Made by a program: the position numbers and the translations under genes
Shown: positions 63,397-64,000 of the stretch, piece after piece
How positions within the stretch are numbered: the first letter of the stretch is position 1
How the letters are laid out: each line of letters starts with the position of its first letter
Notes under the pieces: generated by a model
What the model saw: the letters and a program-made list of their open reading frames with translations, nothing else
The model's database searches: none
What the model was told of the DNA's origin: nothing
From: Squalus acanthias
Lineage: Eukaryota
Reading direction: 5' to 3'
Assembly (NCBI GenBank): GCA_030390025.1
Contig: CM059432.1
Coordinates: 89,964,001-90,028,000, forward strand
DNA length: 64,000 nucleotides

Positions 63397-64000
63397 GGGG
63401 GAAAAATTCAGTTGATTAGCGCCTCCCGTTAGCACCCTAAGAGGGCGATAACGGGGCGCAAAGCAATTAGCGCCCGAGCGTGGCAATGCTTGCGCCGCTC
63501 GCGAAATTGACCAGACATTTTGCGGCGGCGCTAAATACTACCGCCATGATCTCCTGCGCCCGCAGATCGTGATGTCAGTCGAGCGTGCAACGCCCCTGTA
63601 GCGCCCCGGACCGGATATTGAGTGGCGCCCCCTGCCTTTCCGCCTGCCGCTAGCAACGACAGGTAGAGGGGAACGTTTTGTTGCAGTCAGGAAGGAACTG
63701 GGGGAGCGCTATTTAAAGGCGGCCGCTTCCTGCCTTTTTTTGTCGGCGACATTTTTGCACCACGCATTCTGAGAGAGCGAGAGAGACTCCTGGAGAGATT
63801 CAACGCTGTGTGAAGGAGCAGCACTTTGTAGGTTCATTTTGATTCGACCTTCCTTGCATTGATTTGGAAGAGACTTTGGGGGCTGCACTGATTCAATGCG
63901 TCATCCTGCACCTGCAGAATCGGAGGCATCAGAGACGCAGAGAGAGAGTGGCAAACATGACCAGAGGGAGGAGGGCCAACAGGCCTCTGCGCAGGAGACC
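63397..64000 (+). mobile_element. Left end and transposase N-terminus of the probable parent of MITE family A (runs off the window)
   Basis: TIR GGGGGAAAAATTCAGTT; 63397-63889 is the reverse complement of the family A right half; then reads (L)GAALIQCVILHLQNRRHQRRRERVANMTRGRRANRPLRRR from 63876. Confidence 0.85.

Overview
Vertebrate genomic DNA, almost certainly a cartilaginous fish, judged from HER1/HE1-type CR1 tails, a Deu-domain SINE and shark-type Penelope termini; the species cannot be determined from this window. The window appears to lie inside one large + strand gene. The only clear host coding sequence is a 232-bp zinc-finger exon of ZFHX4 (10362-10593) in an 8-kb transposon-poor island. 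The rest is intron packed with nested mobile elements: three decayed two-gene Harbinger transposons, the start of a fourth, more than ten Harbinger-derived MITEs from several families, CR1, L2 and a second CR1-group LINE family, SINEs, a hAT MITE and Penelope-like terminal fragments. Best leads: (1) a MITE family that fuses the start regions of the two convergent Harbinger genes, with its likely parent starting at 63397; (2) hammerhead-ribozyme-bearing Penelope ends, plus a fold-back insertion with a 17-bp TSD; (3) a candidate 27-nt in-frame ZFHX4 microexon; (4) a hairpin minisatellite hit by three insertions; (5) a templated inverted duplication. I found no intact novel multi-gene system. Family names come from recalled consensus features, not from database searches.
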